This document shows, piece after piece, positions 9,566 to 19,481 of a DNA stretch of 64,000 nt (position 1 is its first letter; every line of letters begins with the position of its first letter). Under the pieces are notes generated by a model. It was given only the letters and a program-made list of their open reading frames with translations. It ran no database searches and was not told the DNA's origin. Source of the DNA: Minisyncoccota bacterium (GTDB lineage Bacteria > Patescibacteriota > Minisyncoccia > Phycocordibacterales > UBA9973); contig JBBAAI010000001.1 of NCBI GenBank assembly GCA_041658325.1, forward strand, positions 154,869 to 218,868, written 5' to 3'. The position numbers and the translations under genes were made by a program.

Positions 9566-11986
9566 ATGCCTGAAAATAATAAAAAATTAGTACTACTAGA
9601 TGCTCACGCTATAATACATCGCGCATATCATGCGTTGCCAGAATTTTTGTCCTCAAAAGGGGAGCCCACTGGAGCTCTTTACGGTCTTTCTAGTATGTTA
9701 ATGAAAATAATTACTGAATTAAAACCAGACTACATTGTTGCTTGTTATGATTTACCACAGAAAACTTTTAGGCACGAAGCTTACGATGGGTATAAGGCGG
9801 GTAGAGCAAAAACAGACGAAGCTCTCATCTCTCAACTAAAGAACTCGCGTCAAATTTTTGAGGGATTTAATATACCAATTTATGATGCTCCTGGATTTGA
9901 AGCCGATGATATTTTAGGAACAATAGTAGAAAAATATAAAAAAGATAAAAAACTAGAAATAATTATTGCCTCGGGAGACATGGATACTATGCAATTAGTG
10001 GAGGATAAAAAGGTACAAGTTTATACTCTAAAAAAGGGAATCAATGACACCATTTTATATGACGAAGACGCAGTAATAAAAAGATTTAACTTTAAGCCGA
10101 AATTTTTACCAGACTATAAAGGTCTACGAGGTGACCCTTCAGATAATATTATTGGCATTAAAGGGATAGGTGAAAAAACTGCTGAAATTTTGATTACAAA
10201 TTTTGGAACGATAGAAGAAATATATAAGAAAATTAAAAAAGACGACGAAGTCTTCAAAAAAGCAGGGATTTCTCCGAGAATAATTGAATTACTAAAAAAC
10301 AATGAGGAGGAAGCTTTCTTTTCAAAAACATTAGCAACAATACGCACAGATGCACCAATAGATTTTGTTTTACCTACAAAAACTTTTTGGAAAAATGTGG
10401 ACCCTAAAAAAATAGAAGAAGTTTTTATTATTTTTGAATTTAGAAGTTTATTTGCACGATTAAAAAATTTTTTAAATTCTTCGGTAAATCCAGCAGAATT
10501 TTCTCAGGTCCTCGGTTCTCCGGGGCCCCGCACCCCGGCCAGACCGTTCGAAAATTCTCTGGATTCACCAATCAACATTAATACTCAAAAATTACAAGAA
10601 GCTAGTATCGCGCTCTGGCTTATTAATTCTGATATTTCAAACCCAGGATTGGAAGATATTTTGCTTTTTGCTAAGACAAAATCTTTTGAGGAGGCATATG
10701 AATTTATTTTTGATAAATTAAAAGAACAAAAATTAGATAAAGTATATGAAGAAATAGAAAAACCGATTATTCCCATAGTGAAAGAAATGGAAGATTTTGG
10801 AATTTTAATAGATAAAAAATATTTTGAAAAATTATCTAATGAATACCATAAAGAATTAGATATTCTAACTAAAAAAATATATAAAGAAGCTGGCGCAGAG
10901 TTTAATATTAATTCTCCAAAGCAAATGGGTGAAGTGCTTTTTGGAAAAATGGGGATGAAGTCTAGTAAAAAGAAAAATGCCAGCGGATCGTTTTCCACGA
11001 AGGTTTCAGTCTTAGAGGAGTTGGAAGAAAACAACCCTATCATAAAAGAAATTTTGGCTTATAGAGAGTTACAAAAATTACTTTCTACTTATATTGATGT
11101 AATTCCAAAAATGGTTTCTGAAGATGGTCGATTACACGCTAAGTTCTTGCAAAATGGAACTACAACTGGTCGATTTTCTTCTCAAGATCCAAATTTACAA
11201 AACTTACCAATAAAAACAGAACTGGGCAGAAAAATTAGAGGTGGTTTTATTGCTGAAAAAGGATGTAAACTCGCGGCCTTTGATTATAGCCAGATTGAAT
11301 TACGTGTAATAGCGATGCTCTCAGGGGATAAAAAGATGATCCAAATTTTTAAGGACAAAAAAGATATTCATGCTGGAGTGGCTTCTTTTGTTTTTGGGGT
11401 GCCTATTGAAAAAGTAGATGGAGAAATGCGTCGCAAGGCAAAGGTAATAAATTTTGGTATTATTTACGGAATGGGGGTTTCCGCCTTAAGAAAAAATCTT
11501 GGAGGTACCCGGGAAGAAGCTCAAAAATTTTATGATAATTATTTTAATCAATTTTCTGGTGTGCGAGATTATTTAGAAAAAGTAAAAATAGATGCTCTTA
11601 AAAAATTTTATACAGAAACTTTATTTGGTCGACGTAGATATTTTCCAAACATAAATTCTAGAATTCCATTTTTAAAAAATATGGCTGAGAGAACAGCAAT
11701 GAATGCTCCTGTTCAGGGCACGGCAACAGCAGACATTATTAAGCTTGCCATAAGATACGCAGAAGAAGATCTGGAAAAAGAGGGTTTATTAAAAAAGACT
11801 CATCTTGTGCTTCAAATACATGATGAATTAGTCTATGAAATAGACGAAAAAGCACTACCACAAGCCTTAAAAATAATAGAAAGTGCAATGAAGGATGTGC
11901 TCAACAGGTCATATTTACACTATAAAACTGATATTCCACTTGAAGTACATTCTGGTTCGGGAAATAATTTTATGGAAGTTAAATAA
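9566..11986 (+). CDS. polA: DNA polymerase I (5'-3' exonuclease plus polymerase; 3'-5' exonuclease region reduced)
   Basis: LLDAHAIIHRAYHA, EADDILGT, GRFSSQDPNLQN, DYSQIELR, LQIHDEL; start ATG 9566. Confidence 0.96.
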   Translation: MPENNKKLVLLDAHAIIHRAYHALPEFLSSKGEPTGALYGLSSMLMKIITELKPDYIVACYDLPQKTFRHEAYDGYKAGRAKTDEALISQLKNSRQIFEGFNIPIYDAPGFEADDILGTIVEKYKKDKKLEIIIASGDMDTMQLVEDKKVQVYTLKKGINDTILYDEDAVIKRFNFKPKFLPDYKGLRGDPSDNIIGIKGIGEKTAEILITNFGTIEEIYKKIKKDDEVFKKAGISPRIIELLKNNEEEAFFSKTLATIRTDAPIDFVLPTKTFWKNVDPKKIEEVFIIFEFRSLFARLKNFLNSSVNPAEFSQVLGSPGPRTPARPFENSLDSPININTQKLQEASIALWLINSDISNPGLEDILLFAKTKSFEEAYEFIFDKLKEQKLDKVYEEIEKPIIPIVKEMEDFGILIDKKYFEKLSNEYHKELDILTKKIYKEAGAEFNINSPKQMGEVLFGKMGMKSSKKKNASGSFSTKVSVLEELEENNPIIKEILAYRELQKLLSTYIDVIPKMVSEDGRLHAKFLQNGTTTGRFSSQDPNLQNLPIKTELGRKIRGGFIAEKGCKLAAFDYSQIELRVIAMLSGDKKMIQIFKDKKDIHAGVASFVFGVPIEKVDGEMRRKAKVINFGIIYGMGVSALRKNLGGTREEAQKFYDNYFNQFSGVRDYLEKVKIDALKKFYTETLFGRRRYFPNINSRIPFLKNMAERTAMNAPVQGTATADIIKLAIRYAEEDLEKEGLLKKTHLVLQIHDELVYEIDEKALPQALKIIESAMKDVLNRSYLHYKTDIPLEVHSGSGNNFMEVK
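10483..10569. repeat. GC-rich palindromic element inserted in frame in polA
   Basis: Arms GGTAAATCCAGCAGAATTTTC / GAAAATTCTCTGGATTCACC; 47-bp core 43/47 identical to 18531-18577 in uvrC. Confidence 0.85.
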
Positions 11987-12010
11987 TATATTGTGTGATA
12001 CAATAAATAA

Positions 12011-12481
12011 ATGGAAAATCACAGCAAAACGGATATTCAAAAACAAAGTGTGCACAAGGTTTTAGCGCACTCATATTCCGTTTATTTAATTTTATTTTTA
12101 ACTGGCGTTTTTCTTGATTTAATTTTTAATTTTAAAATTTTTAATATTTTTTTTATTGTTCCCATGGGTATTTTTTTCTTAGCGTTTGGTACAGGTTTGA
12201 TTATTTGGGCACAGTATACCTCTCTTAATTTAAAAGTAGAAAGTGTGACCAAAGAAACTTTTTGCAAAGGGCCATATTGTTATACTAGAACTCCTACTAA
12301 TTTTGGACTGTTTTTTTTAATGTTGGGATTTGGAATGATAATAAATGCTTTTTTTATAATTTTATTTGCCTTTATTTCTCTTGTTATTACAAAATTCATT
12401 TTTTTAAATAAACAGGAAAAAATTCTTGAAGAAAAATACGGAACTCCCTATCAGGAATATAAAAAATCAGTTAAATTCTAA
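12011..12481 (+). CDS. Isoprenylcysteine carboxyl methyltransferase/PEMT-like membrane protein
   Basis: Hydrophobic helices, GPYCYTRTP, EKILEEKYGTPYQEYKKSV. Confidence 0.75.
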   Translation: MENHSKTDIQKQSVHKVLAHSYSVYLILFLTGVFLDLIFNFKIFNIFFIVPMGIFFLAFGTGLIIWAQYTSLNLKVESVTKETFCKGPYCYTRTPTNFGLFFLMLGFGMIINAFFIILFAFISLVITKFIFLNKQEKILEEKYGTPYQEYKKSVKF

Positions 12482-12496
12482 TTTTCTTAAAATTTT

Positions 12497-13144
12497 ATGT
12501 TGTATCTTTTTTCTGGAGATGACGCTAAAAGTAAAATTTTAAATCATGAAAAATTTATAAAATCTATACCAAAGAGTACGGAAATTTTTTCTGTGAGCCG
12601 AAACAGTTTTGATCCAATTCAAATTGAAAGTTTTTATTCTGGGGCGAGCCTTTTTTCTCCTAAGTCTGCAGTAATTTTTCAAGGGATTTTAGAACACGAA
12701 GAGACCCGTGATTTTGTTTTAGAAAAATTAAATTTAATGGGAGAGTCAGTCAATTCCTTCGTTTTTTTAGAAGGTAAATTAAATAAACCAATATTGGATG
12801 CTTTTAAAAAAGCCCGAGCTGAATTAAATGTTTTTGAATTACCGAAAGAAAAAAAGGAAAAATATGATAATTTTTTAGTAGCAAACGCTTTTGCGAACAA
12901 GGATAAACTTAATACTTGGATTTATTTTAGACAAGCGGTGGATGTCGGGGTCTCCTTAGAGGAAATCGTCGGTGTCCTTTTTTGGAAAATTAAAGATATG
13001 ATTTCGAAAAGGAATTTTAGTAAATTTAAAGAAGAACAACTCAAAGATTTTGCTGTTCGTCTTTCTTATCTTTTACCCGAAGCACGCAAAGAAGGTAAGG
13101 ATGCCGAAGTGGTCCTTGAACAATTTTTACTTGAAGCGTTTTAA
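12497..13144 (+). CDS. DNA polymerase III delta subunit-like protein (HolA-like, short)
   Basis: N-terminal MLYLFSGDD, SLFSPK, C-terminal LEQFLL resemble delta subunits; 215 aa. Confidence 0.55.
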   Translation: MLYLFSGDDAKSKILNHEKFIKSIPKSTEIFSVSRNSFDPIQIESFYSGASLFSPKSAVIFQGILEHEETRDFVLEKLNLMGESVNSFVFLEGKLNKPILDAFKKARAELNVFELPKEKKEKYDNFLVANAFANKDKLNTWIYFRQAVDVGVSLEEIVGVLFWKIKDMISKRNFSKFKEEQLKDFAVRLSYLLPEARKEGKDAEVVLEQFLLEAF

Positions 13145-13167
13145 AAGTGTGGTATTATCAAAACTAC

Positions 13168-13240
13168 GCGCCCGTAGCTCAGCTGGTAGAGCAGATCCCT
13201 TTTAAGGATAAGGTCCTCGGTTCGATCCCGAGCGGGCGCA
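13168..13240 (+). tRNA. tRNA-Lys(TTT)
   Basis: Cloverleaf GCGCCCG/CGGGCGC, anticodon loop CTTTTAA, GGTTCGATCC T arm. Confidence 0.95.
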
Positions 13241-13261
13241 CAAAAGGAATTTTAACTACTC

Positions 13262-15457
13262 ATGTCAAAAAGTATTTTTAAACTACATAGTCCTTTTAAT
13301 CCCGCGGGAGATCAGCCGGAGGCCATTTTGAAGCTTCTAGGGGGTCTTGAAAAGGGCATGAAAAAACAAACCTTGCTCGGTGCTACTGGCACAGGCAAGA
13401 CTTTTACGATGGCCAATGTGATAGCCAAGTATAATAAACCGACTCTTGTAATCGCGCATAACAAAACACTTGCAGCCCAACTCGCGCAAGAGTTTCGTGA
13501 ATTTTTCCCCGATGCCGCTGTTCATTATTTTGTTTCCTATTACGACTATTATCAGCCGGAAGCATATATGCCTGTTTCTGATACTTATATTGAAAAGGAT
13601 GCGCAAATAAATAAGGAGATTGATCGCTTGCGTCATGCGACGACTCAAGCATTGCTTACGAGGCGTGATGTGATAATCGTCGCTTCTGTTTCTTGTATTT
13701 ACGGACTCGGTTCTCCTGAAGAATATGAGAAAGTAAATTTAAAACTTGAGGTTGGGATGAAGATGGACAGAATGATTTTAATGAAGAAGTTGATTGAAAT
13801 TCATTTTGAGCGGACTAATGCAGACTTAAATCCCGGAACTTTCCGTTCTGTCAGCGCACGAATAGAATTTATGCCAGTTTCAGAAACTTTTATGTATCAA
13901 ATGGAATTTCAAGATGGAAAAATTTTAAAAATAACAAAAATTGATCCAGTTTCTTCCAGTATTTTAGCAGAAGAAAAAAATGTTTTTATTTTTCCAGCGA
14001 AACATTTCATTACCGAGGAAGGCAAATTAAAAAAAGCGCTAGCTAATATTAAAAAAGAGTTGACCGAACAGTTAAAGAAATTTGGAAAAGGAGGAAAGTT
14101 ACTAGAAGCTGAACGGATAAAAAGAAGAACGAATTATGACCTCGCGATGATAAAAGAAGTCGGTTACTGTAGCGGTATAGAAAATTATTCTAGACATTTG
14201 TCTGGGAAAAAAGAAGGTGAACCGCCGGAAACTCTGCTTTCGTACTTTCCGAAAGAAGGTTTTTTAACTATTATTGATGAATCGCATGTTACCTTGCCGC
14301 AACTGCAGGGTATGTATGCCGGAGATGCTTCTCGCAAGAATACATTGGTGGAATATGGTTTTCGCTTGCCTTCAGCGAAGGATAATCGACCGCTTAAGTA
14401 TGAAGAATTCCAAAAACGGATTGGTCCGGTAATTTATACTAGCGCGACACCCTCCGAACAAGAACGCAGTCAAAGCGAACAAATCGTGGAACAAATCATT
14501 CGCCCGACAGGGCTTGTAGATCCAGAGACAATTGTTAAACCAGTCTCAGCGAGGAGGAGTGCTCTCCAGAATTCGCGCTCTATCTTGGAAGGGCAAGTTC
14601 TTTCTGATAGTAGCGAAGATTCCTTCGAGCACAACTCCTCGCCTTACCCCGGCCAAATTCAAGATTTCATTATTGAAACAGAAAAGACAATTAAAAAAGG
14701 TTTCAGGGTTTTAGCTACCACGTTGACAAAAAAAATGGCAGAAGACCTTTCTGTTTATTTAAAAGATAAAAAAATCAAAGCAGACTATTTGCATAGCGAC
14801 ATAAAAACGATGGACAGAATAAAAATCCTCACCCAATTTAGAAAAGGAGTATTTGATGTTTTAGTGGGCGTGAATCTTTTGCGCGAAGGGCTTGATTTGC
14901 CGGAAGTGGCGCTGATCGGGATTTTAGATGCGGATAAAGAAGGGTTTTTGCGCTCAGAAACATCTTTAATTCAAACAATTGGCCGTGCTGCGCGCAATAG
15001 CGAAGGAAGAGTGATTCTTTATGCTGACTCAGTAACCGGCTCGATGGAATATGCCCTTAAAGAAACTGCTCGCCGTCGAAACATCCAGCTTGCTTATAAT
15101 AAAAAACATGGCATCACCCCGAAAACGATTTCTAAAAAAATAAAAGATATTACCGAAGAACTGGAAAGCGAGCACGGCAAAGCGGTGAATGCTGAACTTA
15201 ATCTTGATTTAGAAGTATTCAAAAAAGCGTATTCAAGAGAACTGAGCAAAGAAGAAAAAGCAGGAAGACAAAAAGTTAATTCAGAATTTTGGAATAAAAT
15301 TTTATCCAACGAAGAACGTGGTAATCTTATTTACGAGAAAATAATCAAAATAAAAGAGAAGGAAATGAATAAAGCAGTCAAAGAACTCGACTTCGAGTCC
15401 GCCGCAATTTTAAGAGATGAAATTATTGTACTTAAAGAAAAATTAACAAAAAGTTAA
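13262..15457 (+). CDS. uvrB: Excinuclease ABC subunit B
   Basis: GATGTGKT, YYDYYQPEAY, DESH, NLLREGLD, QTIGRAARN, C-terminal UVR domain. Confidence 0.97.
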   Translation: MSKSIFKLHSPFNPAGDQPEAILKLLGGLEKGMKKQTLLGATGTGKTFTMANVIAKYNKPTLVIAHNKTLAAQLAQEFREFFPDAAVHYFVSYYDYYQPEAYMPVSDTYIEKDAQINKEIDRLRHATTQALLTRRDVIIVASVSCIYGLGSPEEYEKVNLKLEVGMKMDRMILMKKLIEIHFERTNADLNPGTFRSVSARIEFMPVSETFMYQMEFQDGKILKITKIDPVSSSILAEEKNVFIFPAKHFITEEGKLKKALANIKKELTEQLKKFGKGGKLLEAERIKRRTNYDLAMIKEVGYCSGIENYSRHLSGKKEGEPPETLLSYFPKEGFLTIIDESHVTLPQLQGMYAGDASRKNTLVEYGFRLPSAKDNRPLKYEEFQKRIGPVIYTSATPSEQERSQSEQIVEQIIRPTGLVDPETIVKPVSARRSALQNSRSILEGQVLSDSSEDSFEHNSSPYPGQIQDFIIETEKTIKKGFRVLATTLTKKMAEDLSVYLKDKKIKADYLHSDIKTMDRIKILTQFRKGVFDVLVGVNLLREGLDLPEVALIGILDADKEGFLRSETSLIQTIGRAARNSEGRVILYADSVTGSMEYALKETARRRNIQLAYNKKHGITPKTISKKIKDITEELESEHGKAVNAELNLDLEVFKKAYSRELSKEEKAGRQKVNSEFWNKILSNEERGNLIYEKIIKIKEKEMNKAVKELDFESAAILRDEIIVLKEKLTKS
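14549..14642. repeat. Palindromic in-frame insertion in uvrB
   Basis: Ends GCGAGGAG/CTCCTCGC and GTGCTC/GAGCAC; adds about 31 aa between RPTGLVDP..KPV and GQI, which are normally close together. Confidence 0.7.
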
Positions 15458-15544
15458 TTCTGTGATATAAATTATTTAGTTTAATATTGCAAGAAAAATT
15501 GCTGTCACCCCCTAAGAACAAGGTCGGGTGTCATTGCGTTGTAT

Positions 15545-18139
15545 ATGAACAAATTAGATAAGAACATAGATAAAATAACAATAAAGGGGGCGAGGACTCA
15601 CAATTTGAAGAATATAAATGTGGAAATGCCTCGCAATAAAATGATAGCCATTACTGGTGTTTCTGGTAGTGGTAAATCATCCTTGGCTTTTGATACCATT
15701 TTTGCCGAAGGGCAGAGGAGATATGTGGAATCTCTCTCTTCTTATGCGCGTCAATTTTTGAATCAAATGCCGAAGCCAGATGTAGACGAGATCACGGGAC
15801 TTTCCCCGGCGATTTCTATTGACCAAAAGTCCCGTTCCAACAATCCACGTTCTACTGTAGCGACGATTACAGAAATTTATGATTACCTGCGCGTGATGTA
15901 TGCGCGTATCGGGCATCCGCATTGTCCGGTATGTGGGGAAGAAATAAAAAAACTTTCCAACGAAGAAATATTAAATTTTGTTTTGGAAAAAATAAATACT
16001 TTAAGCAAAGAAAAAAAGAACAGCAAAAAAGTAATGGGGGTTGAATGGGACGAAACAGAAATCAATATTTTTTCTCCAGTCGTTCGCGGACGTAAAGGGG
16101 AATATTATCAATTGCTTTACGATTTACTCGGAAAAGGTTTTGCTGAGATTCGCCTAGACGGCAAAATGAAAAAGCTTCGCGAGCAAATAGTTCTTTCTAA
16201 AAACAAAGCGCACAACATTGATATTTTAGTTGATCATTTTGCGGTACATGAATTTTCCGACAATAAAGACGCGAGTAGAATGCGTCTCGCGGAGGCGATA
16301 GAACGGGCGCTCATTGAATCCGATAGTTTAGTGACAATAAAAATAGGCGATGAAGAATTTATCATGTCCTCAAAGTTTGCTTGTAAAAATGATGGTTTTT
16401 CTTTTCCAGAAGTTGAGCCGAGATTATTTTCCTTTAATTCCCCGCACGGCGCTTGCTCAGAATGTCATGGTCTTGGCTCAAAATATTTTATGGGAGACGA
16501 ACCCTGTGATGTCTGTCATGGAGCACGCTTACGTCCGGAAGCGTTGAATGTGTTTTTAACTGCAGGGCATAAGAAAATAAATATTTTAGAATTGTCTTCT
16601 CTTCCTATAAAAGACGCGCATGATTTTTTCAAAAATCTAAAATTGTCGGAACAAGAAAAAGAAATTTCTGTTCCAGTGACGAAAGAAATAGAGGCACGAT
16701 TGCAGTTTATGCTCGATGTGGGTTTAGATTATTTGCAACTCTCCCGCAAAGCGAACACTCTCTCTGGCGGGGAAGCGCAACGTATTCGTCTGGCTTCACA
16801 ACTTGGCTCTAGACTCGTCGGAGCGCTTTATGTGCTTGATGAACCAACCATTGGACTACACCAAAGAGACAACGACAGATTGATAAAAACCTTGCAAAAT
16901 CTTCGCGATTTGGGAAATACGATTTTAATTGTTGAGCACGACGAAGATACTATTTATGCCTCAGATTATATTGTTGATATTGGACCAAAGGCAGGGATAC
17001 ATGGTGGAGAAGTGATCGTTTCTGATTATTTAGAAGATTTATTAACTGCTAAAAAAAATACAAATAATTCTAGAACCCTTGCCTATTTGCGAGAAGAAAT
17101 AAAAATAGAAATTCCTAAAAAACGTCGCCAGGCGAAAGGGATGCTACGGGTTGCCGGTGGAAAGATTTTTAATATTAACAATATGAATGTGGAAGTGCCT
17201 TTGGGAGTGATGACTTCTATTACCGGAGTGTCTGGTTCCGGTAAAAGTTCTTTTATGTATGAAATTCTTTATAAAAATCTGCAAGCTCGTTATGAGCGTA
17301 AATATCGCACAGCTAAAATTTTTAACTGTTCTTCTTTTTCCGGCACAGAGTATCTTTCCCGCGCTATTTTGATTGATCAGTCGCCGATTGGTCGCACTCC
17401 ACGTTCAAATATTGCGACATATACAGGCACCTTCACTCATGTTCGTGATCTTTTCGCCTTGACGGAGGATGCTCGACTTCGTGGATGGAAAGCGAACCGT
17501 TTTTCTTTCAATGTGAAAGGTGGACGCTGTGAGGCCTGCGAGGGGAATGGAGAAATTGCGGTAGAAATGCATTTCTTGCCGACCGTTTATGTGACGTGCG
17601 ATGTTTGTAATGGCAAACGTTTTGACAAAGAAACACTCACAGTGAAATACAAGAAAAAAAATATTTATGAGGTACTTAAAATGACCGTGGAAGAAGGACT
17701 AAAATTTTTTAAAGATATTCCGGCTGTTTCGGATAGATTGCAAACCCTTATGGATGTGGGCCTGGGTTATGTTGAACTCGGCCAATCCGCCACGACACTC
17801 TCTGGTGGGGAGGCACAACGTGTAAAAATATCTAGCGAGTTATATCGTCCGCATTTAGAAAAGACGATTTATCTTTTAGATGAGCCGACGGTGGGGCTAC
17901 ATTATGATGATGTGCAGAAGCTTCTAGAAGTGCTTAATAAATTAGTTTCAAAAGGGAATACCGTTGTACTTATCGAACACAATTTAGATATTATCAAAAG
18001 CTCTGATTATATTATTGATATCGGCCCGGAAGGGGGAATAAATGGTGGTAATATTGTGGCTAAGGGCACCCCCGAAGAAGTGGCAGGTAATAGCAAATCA
18101 TATACTGGTAAATATTTAAGGAAAGTATTGCGTAAATAA
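15545..18139 (+). CDS. uvrA: Excinuclease ABC subunit A
   Basis: GARTHNLKN, two GVSGSGKSS Walker A motifs, two LSGGEAQR signatures, zinc fingers. Confidence 0.97.
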   Translation: MNKLDKNIDKITIKGARTHNLKNINVEMPRNKMIAITGVSGSGKSSLAFDTIFAEGQRRYVESLSSYARQFLNQMPKPDVDEITGLSPAISIDQKSRSNNPRSTVATITEIYDYLRVMYARIGHPHCPVCGEEIKKLSNEEILNFVLEKINTLSKEKKNSKKVMGVEWDETEINIFSPVVRGRKGEYYQLLYDLLGKGFAEIRLDGKMKKLREQIVLSKNKAHNIDILVDHFAVHEFSDNKDASRMRLAEAIERALIESDSLVTIKIGDEEFIMSSKFACKNDGFSFPEVEPRLFSFNSPHGACSECHGLGSKYFMGDEPCDVCHGARLRPEALNVFLTAGHKKINILELSSLPIKDAHDFFKNLKLSEQEKEISVPVTKEIEARLQFMLDVGLDYLQLSRKANTLSGGEAQRIRLASQLGSRLVGALYVLDEPTIGLHQRDNDRLIKTLQNLRDLGNTILIVEHDEDTIYASDYIVDIGPKAGIHGGEVIVSDYLEDLLTAKKNTNNSRTLAYLREEIKIEIPKKRRQAKGMLRVAGGKIFNINNMNVEVPLGVMTSITGVSGSGKSSFMYEILYKNLQARYERKYRTAKIFNCSSFSGTEYLSRAILIDQSPIGRTPRSNIATYTGTFTHVRDLFALTEDARLRGWKANRFSFNVKGGRCEACEGNGEIAVEMHFLPTVYVTCDVCNGKRFDKETLTVKYKKKNIYEVLKMTVEEGLKFFKDIPAVSDRLQTLMDVGLGYVELGQSATTLSGGEAQRVKISSELYRPHLEKTIYLLDEPTVGLHYDDVQKLLEVLNKLVSKGNTVVLIEHNLDIIKSSDYIIDIGPEGGINGGNIVAKGTPEEVAGNSKSYTGKYLRKVLRK

Positions 18140-18143
18140 AACC

Positions 18144-19481
18144 ATGCAAAAAGAGTATCTAAAAAAAGTAAAATTGCCTGATAGGACCGGAGTTTATTTT
18201 TTTCGAAAAGGAAAGGAAATAATTTATATCGGCAAAGCAACTTCTCTTCGAGATAGGGTAAAAAGTTATTTCAGCAAAGATCTCATAGAAACACGCGGGC
18301 AATTCCTTGTGGATATGGTTTTCAAGGCAGATAAAATTGATTGGCAAACTACTGATAGTGTGCTCGAAGCACTAATCCTCGAAGCAAATTTAATTAAAAA
18401 ATATCAGCCGAAATATAATTCCAGAGAAAAAGATGATAAAAGTTTCAATTATGTTTGCATCACGCGTGAAGAAATTCCGAAAGTTGTGCTCGTGAGGGGA
18501 AAAGAATTGGAGGGCTCTGTCGAGCAAAGCTTTTCTCGGGCCCTCGGTTCTCCGGGGCCCCGTGCCCCGGCCAGACCAGCTCGAAAAGCCCCGCTCGGCT
18601 TCGCGAAGGTTTTTGGACCCTATCCGAATGGCGGGCAATTGAAAGAAGCTATAAAAATAATTCGCCGGATATTCCCATTTCTAGACGAGAAGAGTAAAAA
18701 TTATCTTGAATTTTATAAGCAAATAAATTTAGTGCCGGATTTGAAAGACAGGAAACTATATTTGCAGAATATTAGAAATATTATTTTATTTTTTGAAGGG
18801 AAAAAGAAAAAGATTTTGAAAAATTTGGAGAAGGAAATGAAAGAATATGCAAAAAGGAGAGAGTTTGAAAAAGCGGGAGAAATAAAAAGACAAATTTTTG
18901 CGTTGAAACATATAAATGACGTAGCCCTAATCAAAAATGGTAGCTCTGCTTCTTCCAATTTTCTGCCCCTGCGCCCTTCTTCGGGCGCTACGGACTCAAA
19001 GCGGGACCCTCGGGGACAGAAAACTGAAAGAAGCTACGCTAGAATAGAGGCGTATGATATTGCGCATATGGGAGGCAAAAATATGGTTGGGGTTATGGTC
19101 GTTGTAGAGAATGGTGAAGTAAACAAAAACGAATACAGAAAATTCAAAATTAAAACTCAAAAAAATACAAACGACACAGGAGCGTTAAAAGAAGTCATAG
19201 AGAGGCGTTTAGCGCACGCAGAATGGACATTTCCTTCGTTGGTAGTTGTGGATGGAGGAAAAGCGCAAATTAATACAGCAAAAAAAGTTATACTTAAGGC
19301 GGGGTTAAATATTCCGGTGGTCTCAGTTTTAAAAGACGAAAAACATAAACCGAAAGATATTTTAGGCGACAAAATTTTCGCTCGGAAATACGAAAGGGAA
19401 ATTTTGCTTGCCAACAGTGAAGCGCACAGATTTGCGATTAATTATCATAAAAAAATGCGCAATAAGAACTTTTTAAAATAA
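18144..19481 (+). CDS. uvrC: Excinuclease ABC subunit C (no obvious C-terminal HhH domain)
   Basis: GIY-YIG (GVY..IYIGKA), UVR domain, RIEAYDIAH, VDGGKAQ, EAHRFAI. Confidence 0.92.
   Translation: MQKEYLKKVKLPDRTGVYFFRKGKEIIYIGKATSLRDRVKSYFSKDLIETRGQFLVDMVFKADKIDWQTTDSVLEALILEANLIKKYQPKYNSREKDDKSFNYVCITREEIPKVVLVRGKELEGSVEQSFSRALGSPGPRAPARPARKAPLGFAKVFGPYPNGGQLKEAIKIIRRIFPFLDEKSKNYLEFYKQINLVPDLKDRKLYLQNIRNIILFFEGKKKKILKNLEKEMKEYAKRREFEKAGEIKRQIFALKHINDVALIKNGSSASSNFLPLRPSSGATDSKRDPRGQKTERSYARIEAYDIAHMGGKNMVGVMVVVENGEVNKNEYRKFKIKTQKNTNDTGALKEVIERRLAHAEWTFPSLVVVDGGKAQINTAKKVILKAGLNIPVVSVLKDEKHKPKDILGDKIFARKYEREILLANSEAHRFAINYHKKMRNKNFLK
18519..18599. repeat. Palindromic in-frame element in uvrC, same family as the polA element
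   Basis: Core encodes LGSPGPRAPARP (polA copy LGSPGPRTPARP); arms GTCGAGC..GCTTTTC / GAAAAGC..GCTCGGC. Confidence 0.85.
18940..19037. repeat. Second palindromic in-frame insertion in uvrC
   Basis: Arms GCTTCTT..TTTTCTG-CCCC / GGGG-ACAGAAAA..AAGAAGC; inner GCGCCC-TTCTTC-GGGCGC hairpin; lies in the linker before RIEAYD. Confidence 0.7.
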
